From Gloeobacterales cyanobacterium (GTDB lineage: Bacteria; Cyanobacteriota; Cyanobacteriia; Gloeobacterales; PMM-0068): a stretch of 64,000 bases of DNA. Both the position numbers and the translations under genes were made by a program. Under the pieces are notes generated by a model that was not told the origin of the DNA, did no database searches, and was given only the letters and a program-made list of their open reading frames with translations. Positions 20,832 through 31,008 of this stretch are shown here, in pieces (positions within the stretch are counted from its first letter, which is position 1; each line of letters opens with the position of its first letter). Location: assembly GCA_038245785.1 (NCBI GenBank), contig JBBRSB010000001.1:192001-256000 (forward strand). The letters run 5' to 3'.

Positions 20832-21057
20832 ACCGCTTCCTCCTGTTCCTTGGGCTACAGGGCTATTGAGGAAGATTCTCTGGGGAGCTAATTCCGTCGC
20901 AGGTTGAAGACCACCGTGATATAGGGGCCCAGAGAGGGAACCCTAAGGCCATACTTCGGTAGATTCTGTTGATTGTGCAAAGAAGGCTTTGAATGCAAGC
21001 CTTCTTTTTTTGCGCCGCTTTGTGGAAGTTCTACCTGTGAATCAAGCAGGATGCGGC
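20832..21057 (+). ncRNA. ssrS: Probable 6S RNA (cyanobacterial type)
   Basis: ORF-free stretch with nested pairings: CCGC..TCCTGTT with AGCAGGA.GCGG (ends), CCTTGGG with CCTAAGG, CTCTGGG with CCCAGAG, and a side hairpin AAAGAAGGCTT/AAGCCTTCTTT. The 5' ACCGC..CTCCTGTTC resembles cyanobacterial 6S from memory; not model-verified, ends approximate. Confidence 0.55.
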
Positions 21058-21190
21058 TTTGAGCAAGTAAATCTCAAAGATTGAGCGCAGTCTATGAAGA
21101 TCATGTGAGTCTACCTCCATAAGAATGAGTGAAGTTCTGTAAACTTGTGTTAAGCTGAGCGTATTGAAAAACTTTAAGGAGGTTCTTCAC

Positions 21191-21526
21191 ATGGTTAACT
21201 TCGCTGCAATCGCTCAAACGCCTGAGGCCAAAGTTCTAGAAATAGATTTGGACTTCAAACAATTTTTCGTCTCCCTGGTTGAATCGGCCTATCGCGAGGG
21301 ACGTTCCCTGGAAGAAATTTACACCGATATTGCAAAACTGAAGACAGAGCTCGTCGTTCCTGATTTAGAGAGCTTCCCCCTTAAAGAATGGGCACTACAG
21401 ACCTACTGGGCGATGGAAAAGCGCGGAGTCCAGAATCAGACGGCAGTGGCTGTTTGCGGATTGTGCGGCAAAATTGCTCCTGAGCGCGAGCTCAACTGCG
21501 CCAATTTCTGCCCCTATAGCGCATAG
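21191..21526 (+). CDS. Hypothetical protein with C-terminal Cys cluster
   Basis: AAGGAGG RBS before ATG 21191; ends in CGLC-x10-CANFC. Confidence 0.7.
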   Translation: MVNFAAIAQTPEAKVLEIDLDFKQFFVSLVESAYREGRSLEEIYTDIAKLKTELVVPDLESFPLKEWALQTYWAMEKRGVQNQTAVAVCGLCGKIAPERELNCANFCPYSA

Positions 21527-21537
21527 AGGATTGGTAA

Positions 21538-21586
21538 AAGACCCCCTATAGTCCCCCTCAAGGGGGACGGCGATAGCCGGGGGTTC
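21538..21586. repeat. REP-like palindrome between convergent genes
   Basis: AAGACCCCCTATAGTCCCCCT is identical to 30941-30961 and is followed by CAAGGGGGAC. Confidence 0.7.
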
Positions 21587-21702
21587 TGCCCACCCCCCTA
21601 GAGTATTGGGTTTGCCGTCTTCCTCCTGATTGAACTGTTCACAGGTAAGGGAATACTAGATCTACTCCAGTAAATTCTGTTACTTGTGTGAAGAAGGCTT
21701 TT

Positions 21703-22956
21703 TTAGGCCTTCTTTTTTTTTGGAGACTTGGAAGATTTAGAAGTTTTATAAGCCGCCTGCAGATTCTGGTCGAGACGGTCTAGAAACTGTTGGGTCGTTA
21801 GCCAAGGCTGTTCTGGGCCAATCAACACCGCTAGATCTTTGGTCATCGCTCCTGATTCCACGGTTTCAACACAGATTCTTTCGAGCGTGAGCGCAAAGCT
21901 TTCCAGATCCGCATTATCGTCAAACTTAGCCCGGTAGAAGAGTCCACGGGTCCAGGCAAAGATAGAGGCAATCGGATTGGTGGAAGTTTCGCGGCCCTTT
22001 TGGTGCTCCCGGAAATGCCGGGTCACGGTTCCATGGGCTGCCTCTGCTTCTACAGTTTGTCCATCTGGGGTAAGCAATACAGAAGTCATCAGGCCCAAAG
22101 AGCCAAAACCTTGAGCGACGGTATCGGACTGGACATCGCCATCATAGTTTTTACACGCCCAGACAAAGCCACCGTTCCACTTCAAGGCTGCAGCGACCAT
22201 ATCGTCAATCAAGCGGTGCTCATAGGTGATCTTAGCTGCTTTGAACTGGTCCGCAAATTCTTGCTCAAATACTTCTTGAAAGAGGTCTTTGAAGCGCCCA
22301 TCGTAGGCTTTGAGAATCGTATTCTTGGTGGATAGATAGACGGGCCAGCCTTTCATCAATCCATAGTTTAGGCAGGAACGGGCAAAGCCTCGGATCGATT
22401 CATCCAAGTTGTACATACCCATAGCCACTCCACTGCCGGGGAAAGAAAAGACTTCATACTCAATCGCGTCCCCACCATCAGAAGGCGTAAACTTCATTGT
22501 CAAGGTCCCTGGGCCAGGCACCTTGAAATCCGTAGCTCGGTATTGGTCTCCAAAGGCATGACGGCCAATCACAATCGGTTCTGTCCAGCCAGGAACCAGA
22601 CGGGGCACATTACGACAGATAATCGGCTCTCGGAATACGGTCCCACCGAGAATATTGCGGATAGTTCCATTGGGCGACTTCCACATTTTTTTGAGTTTGA
22701 ATTCCTCGACCCGGCCTTCATCAGGGGTAATGGTGGCGCATTTCACCCCCACCCGGTATTGCTGAATCGCCTTAGCGGCGTCGATGGTAATGCGGTCATC
22801 TGTGGCATCCCGGCTTTCAACACTCAAGTCGTAGTACTTCAGGTCTATATCCAGATAGGGCAGGATCAGTTTTTCTTTAATGAACTGCCAGATGATTCTG
22901 GTCATTTCATCCCCATCAAGCTCTACGACGGGATTAGCGACTTTGATTTTTTGCAT
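21703..22956 (-). CDS. icd: NADP-dependent isocitrate dehydrogenase, type II (eukaryote-like)
   Basis: [49 protein letters not shown] and [10 protein letters not shown] motifs. Confidence 0.96.
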   Translation of the reverse strand: MQKIKVANPVVELDGDEMTRIIWQFIKEKLILPYLDIDLKYYDLSVESRDATDDRITIDAAKAIQQYRVGVKCATITPDEGRVEEFKLKKMWKSPNGTIRNILGGTVFREPIICRNVPRLVPGWTEPIVIGRHAFGDQYRATDFKVPGPGTLTMKFTPSDGGDAIEYEVFSFPGSGVAMGMYNLDESIRGFARSCLNYGLMKGWPVYLSTKNTILKAYDGRFKDLFQEVFEQEFADQFKAAKITYEHRLIDDMVAAALKWNGGFVWACKNYDGDVQSDTVAQGFGSLGLMTSVLLTPDGQTVEAEAAHGTVTRHFREHQKGRETSTNPIASIFAWTRGLFYRAKFDDNADLESFALTLERICVETVESGAMTKDLAVLIGPEQPWLTTQQFLDRLDQNLQAAYKTSKSSKSPKKKKA

Positions 22957-23323
22957 GGATGCCCTTGCGATTCGGCCCTTTTGGTCCTGAGAAACAAAAA
23001 ACATACCAAGGCGTTGAGACCCTGGCAAGCTTATCCTACGACAGACTACTCTATGCTTAGGTTTTCATCGCTACCGTCATGCTTTTAAGTCTGCCTAAAT
23101 CTCTATTTAAGCGCGTTTTAAAGCGGCATCTGCTACATTAGCTTATTAACTACCCAAAACCTGCGAAATGCGGGCCTCAATCTATGACCACCCGAGAAAA
23201 TTACTTAGCTACCAGACCTCATGTTGGGTACTCTATAAAAGTTCCGGTGCTGTTTTACTTCAATCTTGAGTTGACCAGCTCGCCCAAATTTCTATCCAGG
23301 CTTGTCTAGAAGGTTGTGTAAAA

Positions 23324-26300
23324 ATGGTTAGCTTTCCCGGCTATCTTCTCACTGATCTACTATGCGATACCTCTAGGACTCAAATTTATCGAGGAGCGCG
23401 ACAGTCAGACCAACAGGCGGTTGTGGTTAAACTGCTTAAGACTGAGTACCCCACGCTCAGAGACCTTGTACAGTTTCGAAATCAGTATGCAGTTACCAAG
23501 AACCTGAATCTACCTGGAGTAGTTCAGCCCTATAGCCTTGAGGACTACCGTAACGGTTTTGCACTGGTGATGGAAGATTTTGGCGGCATTCCCCTCCAAG
23601 ACTACTTCTCTAGAACAGCCTCTCAGAGACAAGCACCAGGCCAACCCAGTAATTCGCTTTCTTATCTCGGCGCTCCCCGTGAGGAAACTGCATTCCATCC
23701 CCTATCTCAAGACGCTAAAGCAGAGGGCGATACAAACTCCCCGCTGATGGTCGCACAGGATAGGTCCTCCCCACTTGTTGACAGCCTTGACGAATTTTTG
23801 ACGATTGCGATACAGATTGTCCAAATTTTGGAAGGATTAGCATCCCATCGAGTAGTGCATAAAGACATTAAACCGCAGCATATCCTGATCAATCCGGATA
23901 CTGCCGAGGTTAAGCTAATTGGCTTTAACCTTGCGTCCCTTCTATCCAAAGAAAAGCAGGAAATTCAAAACCCTGATGTTCTGGAAGGCACGCTGGCGTA
24001 CATGTCTCCTGAGCAAACGGGGCGAATGAATCGGGGGATTGATTATCGCACCGACTTCTACTCTTTAGGCGTAACGTTCTATCAGCTTCTAACGGGGCAA
24101 CTTCCGTTTCAGTCCACCGATCCGATGGAGATAGTTCATTGTCATCTTGCCCGTAAACCAGTTCCGCTCAATACCGTGAATCCTGCTGTTCCCCAGATGG
24201 TGAACGACATTGTCTTGAAATTAATGGCGAAAATGGCCGAAGAGCGATATCAAAGTGCACTAGGGCTGCGCTATGACTTAGAACGCTGTCTAGAGCAGTA
24301 CTCAGCTTACGGCAATATAGAAGCCTTCCCTCTGGGTGAACGAGATATTTCTGACAGTTTTCAAATCTCGGAAAAGCTCTACGGCCGGGAATCAGAGGTG
24401 GCCACCCTGCTGGCAGCTTTTGATCGAGTGAGCGGAGGAAACACAGAGCTAATGCTTGTATCTGGTTTTTCTGGAATTGGTAAAACAGCCCTAGTCAATG
24501 AGACTCACAAACCGATTGTCCGGCAGCGAGGCTATTTCATCAAAGGCAAATTTGACCAGCTGAAGCGGAATATTCCCCTCTCTGCTCTGGTTCAGGCGTT
24601 TCAAAATTTGATGCGGCAGCTGCTTACCGAAAGTACCGCTCAGGTGGAGCGCTGGAAAGCCAAGATTCTGTCAGCATTGGGCGAAAATGCTCAAGTCTTG
24701 ATTGAGGTGATCCCAGAGCTAGAGCGAATTATTGGTTCTCAGCCTCCTGCTCCAGACCTGTCACCAGGTGCAGCACAGAACCGATTTAACCTGCTGTTTG
24801 GGAAGTTTATTCAGGTATTTGCAACTCAAGAACATCCTCTAGTTATTTTTTTAGATGACCTGCAATGGGCAGGCTCTGATTCTTTAAAACTGATTCAATT
24901 GCTGATGGTCGAAATCGAAACGCGCTATCTTTTGCTGATTGGATCTTATCGAGATAATGAAGTTAGTTCATCGCATCCTCTGGTGTTAACACTAAGAGAT
25001 ATGGGTGATCGGGGTGCAATCATAAACCAAATGACGCTAGCGCCCCTTAGTCCAGAGGCGCTGAATGAACTAATTGCCGATACCCTAAGTTGCCCGCCAG
25101 AAAGGGCTATACCCCTGACAGAACAAATCCTACAGAAAACTCAAGGGAACCCATTTTTCAGCAACCAGTTTCTCAAATCGTTACATCAAGACGGGCTTAT
25201 TTCCTTTGACCATGGATGTGGCTACTGGCAGTGCGACATCGCCCAGGTGAAATGGCTTTCTGTTAGCTCTAATGTGGTTGAGTTTATGGCAAGTCAGTTG
25301 CGGAAACTGCCAGCAAAAACGCAAGCCGTCCTCAAGCTAGCCGCCTGTATAGGCAATCAATTTGATTTAGCCATACTCGCCATTGTCTATGGTAAATCTC
25401 AGGCCGAGACTGCCGTTGATTTGTGGGAGGCGCTGCAAGCGGGGTTGGTTTTGCCCAGCAGCGAAATCTATCGGTTTTATCAAGGAAATGAACGGTTTGA
25501 TTGGTGGAGTACTGGAGACACAGAAACTTCAACAGCCACCGCCTCACCCTGGAACGCTAATACCGTTATTGAGTTCTCGGTCCCCTATAAGTTTCTCCAT
25601 GACCGCGTACAGCAGGCTGCCTATTCCCTGATTCCGGAGGCCCAGCAGCAAACAACACACCTGAAAATTGGACAGCTGCTATTACAAAATACGGCACCAG
25701 AAGAACAAGAAGAGAGAGTCTTTGAAATTGTTAACCAACTGAACATGGGCGTAGATTTAATTTCCCAGCCGACAGAGCGACAGGTACTTGCACAATTAAA
25801 TCTAGCTGCCGGACAAAAAGCCAGAGCATCCACGGCCTATGAGTCTGCTGCTGACTATCTGGCGGTTGGTATCAGCTTGTTGTCAACCAATAGCTGGCAG
25901 CAACAATATGGACTCACGCTTGCCTTGCATGAGACAGCCGCAGAGGTTGCTTACCTGAATGGCAGGTTTGAGGATATGGAGCAGCTAGCCAAAACGGTGA
26001 TGCGGCAAGCCCAATGTTTGCTGGATAAAGTCAAGGTTTATGAGGTCAGAATTCAAGCCTATGCGGCTCAAAATAGACTGATGGAGTCTGTCTTAACCGC
26101 TCTACAGGTTTTGCAACTTTTTGGGGTCAAGCTTCCGCACAAGCCCAGAAAGCTCAAGGTTCTGTTGGCCTTGGCTGCCACTAAATTCACGTTGCTGGGG
26201 AAGAATATTGAGACGTTAATTGATCTTCCAGAAATGACTGAACTGGAGCAATTGGCCATCATGCGCATCATCCGCAGTGTAGGCTCCCCTGCTTATTTTG

Positions 26301-29300
26301 CCACTCCTGAGCTAATGCCTTTACTGGCATTTGAAGGCGTGAACCTGTCTCTTCGATATGGTAATACTGCTGAGTCTGCCTATGGCTATGCCAGCTATGG
26401 CGTGATTCTCTGCGGTGTATTGGAGAATATTGATGAAGGCTACCAATTTGGCAAATTGGCCATGAATGTTTTAGAGCAGTTCAACGCTAAAGCTATCAGA
26501 GCCAAAACAATTTTTGTAGTGACTAGTTTTATCAACCACTGGAAACAGCATGTCGTTGATGGATTGAAGTCTTTATCAGATGCCTATCAAGCCGGATTAG
26601 AGACGGGAGATCTTGAGTTTGCAGCCTATTCGGCATATGTTCTTTGCTACCATTCCTACTTTGCTGGTCGAGATCTCACAGAGCTAGAGTTAGAGATGGC
26701 GAACTATCGCCATACAGTCGCCCAGCTTAATCAAGAAGCAACGCTGAACTTGCTTGATCTATACCAGCAAACAGTGCTGAATTTAATGGGAAGATCGGCA
26801 AACCCATGTCGATTGCTTGGAGAAAACTATGATGAAGCGATTAGACTGCCTCAGGCATTACAGGCCAATCACAGAACAGCAATTTTTGATATCTATTTCC
26901 AAAAGATAATTCTCAACTATTTATTTGAACAATATGATGAAGCTGCCCAAAATGCAGAGCTAGCAGCAACCTATATAGACGGAAAACGTGCATCTCTATC
27001 AGTCCCTCTCTTCTATTTCTATGATTCATTAGTTCAACTAGAGCGGTATAGTTCACTCCCTCAATCTGAACAAAAACCACTTCTGCGTCGTGTCACCGAA
27101 AATCAGAAAAAGCTGAAGCAGTGGGCGCATCATGCACCGATGAATCATCTGCATAAGTTCCATTTGGTTGAGGCAGAGCACGCGCGCGTGCTCAAGCGCT
27201 ATCTGAAAGCGATAGCGTACTACGAGCAGGCGATTGCTCTTGCAAAAAGTCATGGCTATATCAACGAAGAAGCCCTGGCCTATGAACTGGCTGCTAAGTT
27301 CTATCTCACCTGGGGAAAAGAAACCATTGCTCAAACCTATTTGGCTCAGGCTTACTGTGCCTATGCCCGTTGGGGAGCTAAGGCGAAAGTAGAGGATCTC
27401 GAAATCCGTTATGCAAGCTTACTTACTTCTGTTCTTGATAAGCAAACCAATCAACTGCCCGAAGGCATTGGCCCTGTAACAGTTCCTTCCAACCTCAAAC
27501 AGTCTGGGACCCCAACGAGTTCTCAAAACCTAGATCTTGCTACGGTCGTAAAAGCATCTCAGGCGCTCACGCGAGAAATCCATTTAGACCAACTCTTAGC
27601 TTCCTTGATCAAAGTTTTAGCTGAGAATATGGGAGCAGAGAAAGGGATTTTTATCCTTATTGAAAAAGATGAACCGTTCACGGCTGCCCAATATCCAGTC
27701 GCTCTATCCGAGAGGGATAGGTCGGCAGGAGCGTTGCAACCATATTTACGCAATATCCAAGATTTTCCAGTTACGCTCACTAATTACGTAGCACGGACCC
27801 ACGAAATCCTGGTCCTCCATGATGCCACTACGGATCCAATCTTTGCTGCTGATGCCTATATCATTAAGCGGCAGCCTAAGTCGGTTTTGTGTGCTCCTAT
27901 TGTCAATCAAGGTAGCTTGATCGGCATCTTGTACCTGGAAAATAATTTGACAACGGGAGTATTTAACAGCGACCGCTTGGCAGTACTGAATATCCTCACC
28001 GCTCAAGCCGCTATTTCCCTACAAAATGCTCGTCTCTATGAACGCATTGAAGATTACTCACATACCTTAGAGTTAACAGTCAAAGAGAGAACGCAAGAGC
28101 TGCAGCAGCTTACCCAAGACCTGCAGCAAGAAGTACACGAACGGCAGGAGGCTTTGCGCGATCGCATCTCTGCAGAAATAGCTTTGCGCCAATCAGAGGA
28201 AAAATTTTCTACAGCCTTCCAAGCGAGTCCGAATCCGATTGCGATTAGCATCCTTGAAACGGGACGCATTATTGAGGTCAATGACAGCTTCTGTCGCGCC
28301 TCTGGTTATGCTCGTGAAGAATTAATTGGGAAAACTTCTTTTGAAGTAAAGCTTTGGGTCAATCCCCATGAGCGAAACAAGCTCAGACAGACCTTAAAGC
28401 AGCAAGGAGCCGTTCGCGATCTAGAATTTCAAACTCGCACCAAATCTGGCGAAATCAAGACAGCGCTTCTGTCTACACAGGTGATTAATATAGACAACAC
28501 CCCTTGCCTGCTAACCGTAGTCAACGATATTACAGAGCGCAAGCAAACAGAAGCAGCCCTCCAACAGGCAAAAGAGTCTGCAGAAATAGCCAACCGCGCA
28601 AAGAGCGAGTTCTTATCGAAGATGAGTCATGAACTGCGCACTCCGCTTAATGCAATTCTTGGTTTTGCCCAGTTGATGAGTATCGACCCAGCACTAAGTA
28701 CTGAGCATAAGGCCGATCTAAGCATCATTAATCGCAGCGGAGAGCATTTGTTGAAGCTAATCAATAATGTTCTAGAGATGTCCAAGATTGAGGCAGGAAA
28801 AGTTGTACTCAACGAAAGTAGCTTTGACCTCTATCAATTGCTCGATAATCTTCACGCCATGTTGCAACTCGAAGCAGCATCCAAGGACTTGCAGCTCATC
28901 TTTGAACGGGCCTCCAATGTACCGCAAAGGGTTAAAGCGGACGAAGGTAAATTGCGTCAAACGCTGATCAATCTTCTGGGTAATGCTATTAAGTTTACGG
29001 CTCAAGGGAGCGTCACCCTAAAGGTCAGAGCAGCGCAAGGACTTAATGCTCTATCCTCTACGACCTATGTCCTATCCTTTGAGGTTGAAGATACAGGCTC
29101 TGGTATCGCACCAGATGAAATTGAGCATTTATTTGCTCCCTTTATTCAAGGTAAAAGGGGACAGCAATTTCAAGAAGGAACAGGCTTGGGGCTCTCGATT
29201 ACCCGCCAGTTCGTAAACCTCATGGGAGGTACGCTTACAGCCAGCAGTATCCCAAATCAGGGGACCATTTTTAGATTTGATGTCCAAGTTAGTACGTCAC

Positions 29301-29797
29301 TCCCTGAAGAGGAGCCGCTACAGCAGAACCGCAAAGTGTGTGGGCTAGCCCCTAACCAGCCCTCCTATCGTATTCTGGTCGTGGAAGATGACAGAATAAG
29401 CCGCCTCCTGATGGTCAGGCTTTTAAGGTCTGTAGGCTTCCAGACCCGCGAGGCGGTGAACGGTCAAGAAGCAGTAGACATCTGGCAAAGTTGGCGTCCT
29501 GATTTCATCTGGATGGATATGCAAATGCCGATAATGGATGGATATGAAACAACTCGCCAAATTAGGCGGCTAGAGGAAGAAGACCAAAAGGACCGAGTAG
29601 GGCAAAAATTTGTTTCGGAACCCTATCCAAGCCCAATCATCGTGGTCTTAACGGCAAACGCTTTTGAGGAAAACCGTGCAGTGATGTTGTCAGTAGGATG
29701 TAATGATTTTGTGAGCAAACCCTTTCAGAGAGAAATCATCTTTAGGAAGTTGGCTCAATACTTAGGAGTGGTTTATCTCTACACAGATCTTGGCTAA
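23324..29797 (+). CDS. HstK-like multidomain kinase: Ser/Thr kinase-AAA-GAF-PAS-HisKA-HATPase-REC
   Basis: EGTLAYMSPEQTGRMNR; GFSGIGKT and FLDDLQW; SVLCAPI..LYLEN; PAS; MSHELRTPLN; GTGLGL; WMDMQMPIMDG. Confidence 0.95.
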   Translation: MVSFPGYLLTDLLCDTSRTQIYRGARQSDQQAVVVKLLKTEYPTLRDLVQFRNQYAVTKNLNLPGVVQPYSLEDYRNGFALVMEDFGGIPLQDYFSRTASQRQAPGQPSNSLSYLGAPREETAFHPLSQDAKAEGDTNSPLMVAQDRSSPLVDSLDEFLTIAIQIVQILEGLASHRVVHKDIKPQHILINPDTAEVKLIGFNLASLLSKEKQEIQNPDVLEGTLAYMSPEQTGRMNRGIDYRTDFYSLGVTFYQLLTGQLPFQSTDPMEIVHCHLARKPVPLNTVNPAVPQMVNDIVLKLMAKMAEERYQSALGLRYDLERCLEQYSAYGNIEAFPLGERDISDSFQISEKLYGRESEVATLLAAFDRVSGGNTELMLVSGFSGIGKTALVNETHKPIVRQRGYFIKGKFDQLKRNIPLSALVQAFQNLMRQLLTESTAQVERWKAKILSALGENAQVLIEVIPELERIIGSQPPAPDLSPGAAQNRFNLLFGKFIQVFATQEHPLVIFLDDLQWAGSDSLKLIQLLMVEIETRYLLLIGSYRDNEVSSSHPLVLTLRDMGDRGAIINQMTLAPLSPEALNELIADTLSCPPERAIPLTEQILQKTQGNPFFSNQFLKSLHQDGLISFDHGCGYWQCDIAQVKWLSVSSNVVEFMASQLRKLPAKTQAVLKLAACIGNQFDLAILAIVYGKSQAETAVDLWEALQAGLVLPSSEIYRFYQGNERFDWWSTGDTETSTATASPWNANTVIEFSVPYKFLHDRVQQAAYSLIPEAQQQTTHLKIGQLLLQNTAPEEQEERVFEIVNQLNMGVDLISQPTERQVLAQLNLAAGQKARASTAYESAADYLAVGISLLSTNSWQQQYGLTLALHETAAEVAYLNGRFEDMEQLAKTVMRQAQCLLDKVKVYEVRIQAYAAQNRLMESVLTALQVLQLFGVKLPHKPRKLKVLLALAATKFTLLGKNIETLIDLPEMTELEQLAIMRIIRSVGSPAYFATPELMPLLAFEGVNLSLRYGNTAESAYGYASYGVILCGVLENIDEGYQFGKLAMNVLEQFNAKAIRAKTIFVVTSFINHWKQHVVDGLKSLSDAYQAGLETGDLEFAAYSAYVLCYHSYFAGRDLTELELEMANYRHTVAQLNQEATLNLLDLYQQTVLNLMGRSANPCRLLGENYDEAIRLPQALQANHRTAIFDIYFQKIILNYLFEQYDEAAQNAELAATYIDGKRASLSVPLFYFYDSLVQLERYSSLPQSEQKPLLRRVTENQKKLKQWAHHAPMNHLHKFHLVEAEHARVLKRYLKAIAYYEQAIALAKSHGYINEEALAYELAAKFYLTWGKETIAQTYLAQAYCAYARWGAKAKVEDLEIRYASLLTSVLDKQTNQLPEGIGPVTVPSNLKQSGTPTSSQNLDLATVVKASQALTREIHLDQLLASLIKVLAENMGAEKGIFILIEKDEPFTAAQYPVALSERDRSAGALQPYLRNIQDFPVTLTNYVARTHEILVLHDATTDPIFAADAYIIKRQPKSVLCAPIVNQGSLIGILYLENNLTTGVFNSDRLAVLNILTAQAAISLQNARLYERIEDYSHTLELTVKERTQELQQLTQDLQQEVHERQEALRDRISAEIALRQSEEKFSTAFQASPNPIAISILETGRIIEVNDSFCRASGYAREELIGKTSFEVKLWVNPHERNKLRQTLKQQGAVRDLEFQTRTKSGEIKTALLSTQVINIDNTPCLLTVVNDITERKQTEAALQQAKESAEIANRAKSEFLSKMSHELRTPLNAILGFAQLMSIDPALSTEHKADLSIINRSGEHLLKLINNVLEMSKIEAGKVVLNESSFDLYQLLDNLHAMLQLEAASKDLQLIFERASNVPQRVKADEGKLRQTLINLLGNAIKFTAQGSVTLKVRAAQGLNALSSTTYVLSFEVEDTGSGIAPDEIEHLFAPFIQGKRGQQFQEGTGLGLSITRQFVNLMGGTLTASSIPNQGTIFRFDVQVSTSLPEEEPLQQNRKVCGLAPNQPSYRILVVEDDRISRLLMVRLLRSVGFQTREAVNGQEAVDIWQSWRPDFIWMDMQMPIMDGYETTRQIRRLEEEDQKDRVGQKFVSEPYPSPIIVVLTANAFEENRAVMLSVGCNDFVSKPFQREIIFRKLAQYLGVVYLYTDLG

Positions 29798-30184
29798 GAG
29801 ATAACTTCACTTCCAGTCAAGAATGTTCTAGTTATGACAATCTGTATTAGTTTATACTTCTCTTCTTGATTCAGCTAATGAATAAGTAGGCGTTAACCTA
29901 TCCTTAGAATGAAATATTTTGAGGTAATATAGGTATTGCAATATACATTGCCAGTTTGCCATGATTACTAAACTCTTTAGGAAATGAATATATAAACTCT
30001 TCAACTAAATTGTTAGAAAAATAGAAACAGAGATTATCGAAAGATTAGCCAACCCGATCTAAAGATCCTTCAATTGCATTTCTACGAACTCAAGCTTATG
30101 TTGTGAAGAAGGTTTATTCTTTCTTCTATGAATTCTCTGGAATTCGTTGGATGGGCCTTTATTCATTAATTTTGGCAACGGACT

Positions 30185-30844
30185 ATGGCTAACTCTCTTG
30201 CTTCTTTAAATATGGACAGTTTCAAACTCATGCTTGAAGAACTCTATCGAGGGCGCCCACTTTGGTCCTACTCTCCGGGTAGAAGGATTCCTCTTTTCGA
30301 AGATGAAATGTGTATTGTGCATCGCGGTATTATCCGCACACAGACCTTGCAGCAGGGGGGGGAGGAGTCCATTGTAGGTATAGTAGGCCCGATGATGCCT
30401 ATTTCCCCAAAATTTACGATGCTCAATTCCTACGAAGTCTATGCTTTAACGCCCGTGGACCTTTTGCGCCTGAAATGGGATGAAGTCTATAGATCTAATG
30501 ATTTGATGCGAGAGTTAAACCGCACCTTGATCCAGCGGCTCCGTCATACTGAAGTGTTGCTTGATTTAAGGAGTAAACGTCAAACCAGTGAGCGTTTGAT
30601 TGCCTTCTTATCCTTCTTGGCTCAAGAATATGGTAACCCAACGCCTCAAGGGGTCCGCTTAGAGGTTCAGTTAACCCATCAGCAGATAGCTGATGCCATT
30701 AATACAACACGGGTTACTATCACACGGTTGTTGGGAGTACTTAAGAAGGCCTCTATGGTTAAGATAGGGCAAGACCGTTCTATTTATGTCATGCCTGGAC
30801 TATCCCATAGTCAAGACTTTAGTTTTATGATTAAGAATAGGTAA
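30185..30844 (+). CDS. Crp/Fnr family transcriptional regulator
   Basis: ERLIAFL...LTHQQIADAINTTRVTITRLL Crp-type HTH. Confidence 0.9.
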   Translation: MANSLASLNMDSFKLMLEELYRGRPLWSYSPGRRIPLFEDEMCIVHRGIIRTQTLQQGGEESIVGIVGPMMPISPKFTMLNSYEVYALTPVDLLRLKWDEVYRSNDLMRELNRTLIQRLRHTEVLLDLRSKRQTSERLIAFLSFLAQEYGNPTPQGVRLEVQLTHQQIADAINTTRVTITRLLGVLKKASMVKIGQDRSIYVMPGLSHSQDFSFMIKNR

Positions 30845-30943
30845 AAAGTTAGGCAGAATAATTCAAATACACATCTCAATCTAGTTTTCAGCAATTAGGC
30901 TTGCTTTTCTCCAAGGACTGAGTAGCTAGGTAGAACTAAGAAG

Positions 30944-30984
30944 ACCCCCTATAGTCCCCCTTTGCAAGGGGGACTATAGGGGGT
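30944..30984. repeat. Perfect REP-like palindrome, possible bidirectional terminator
   Basis: ACCCCCTATAGTCCCCCTT-tgc-AAGGGGGACTATAGGGGGT between convergent genes. Confidence 0.8.
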
Positions 30985-31008
30985 TTTAAGCCCACCCACT
31001 TACAGCAC

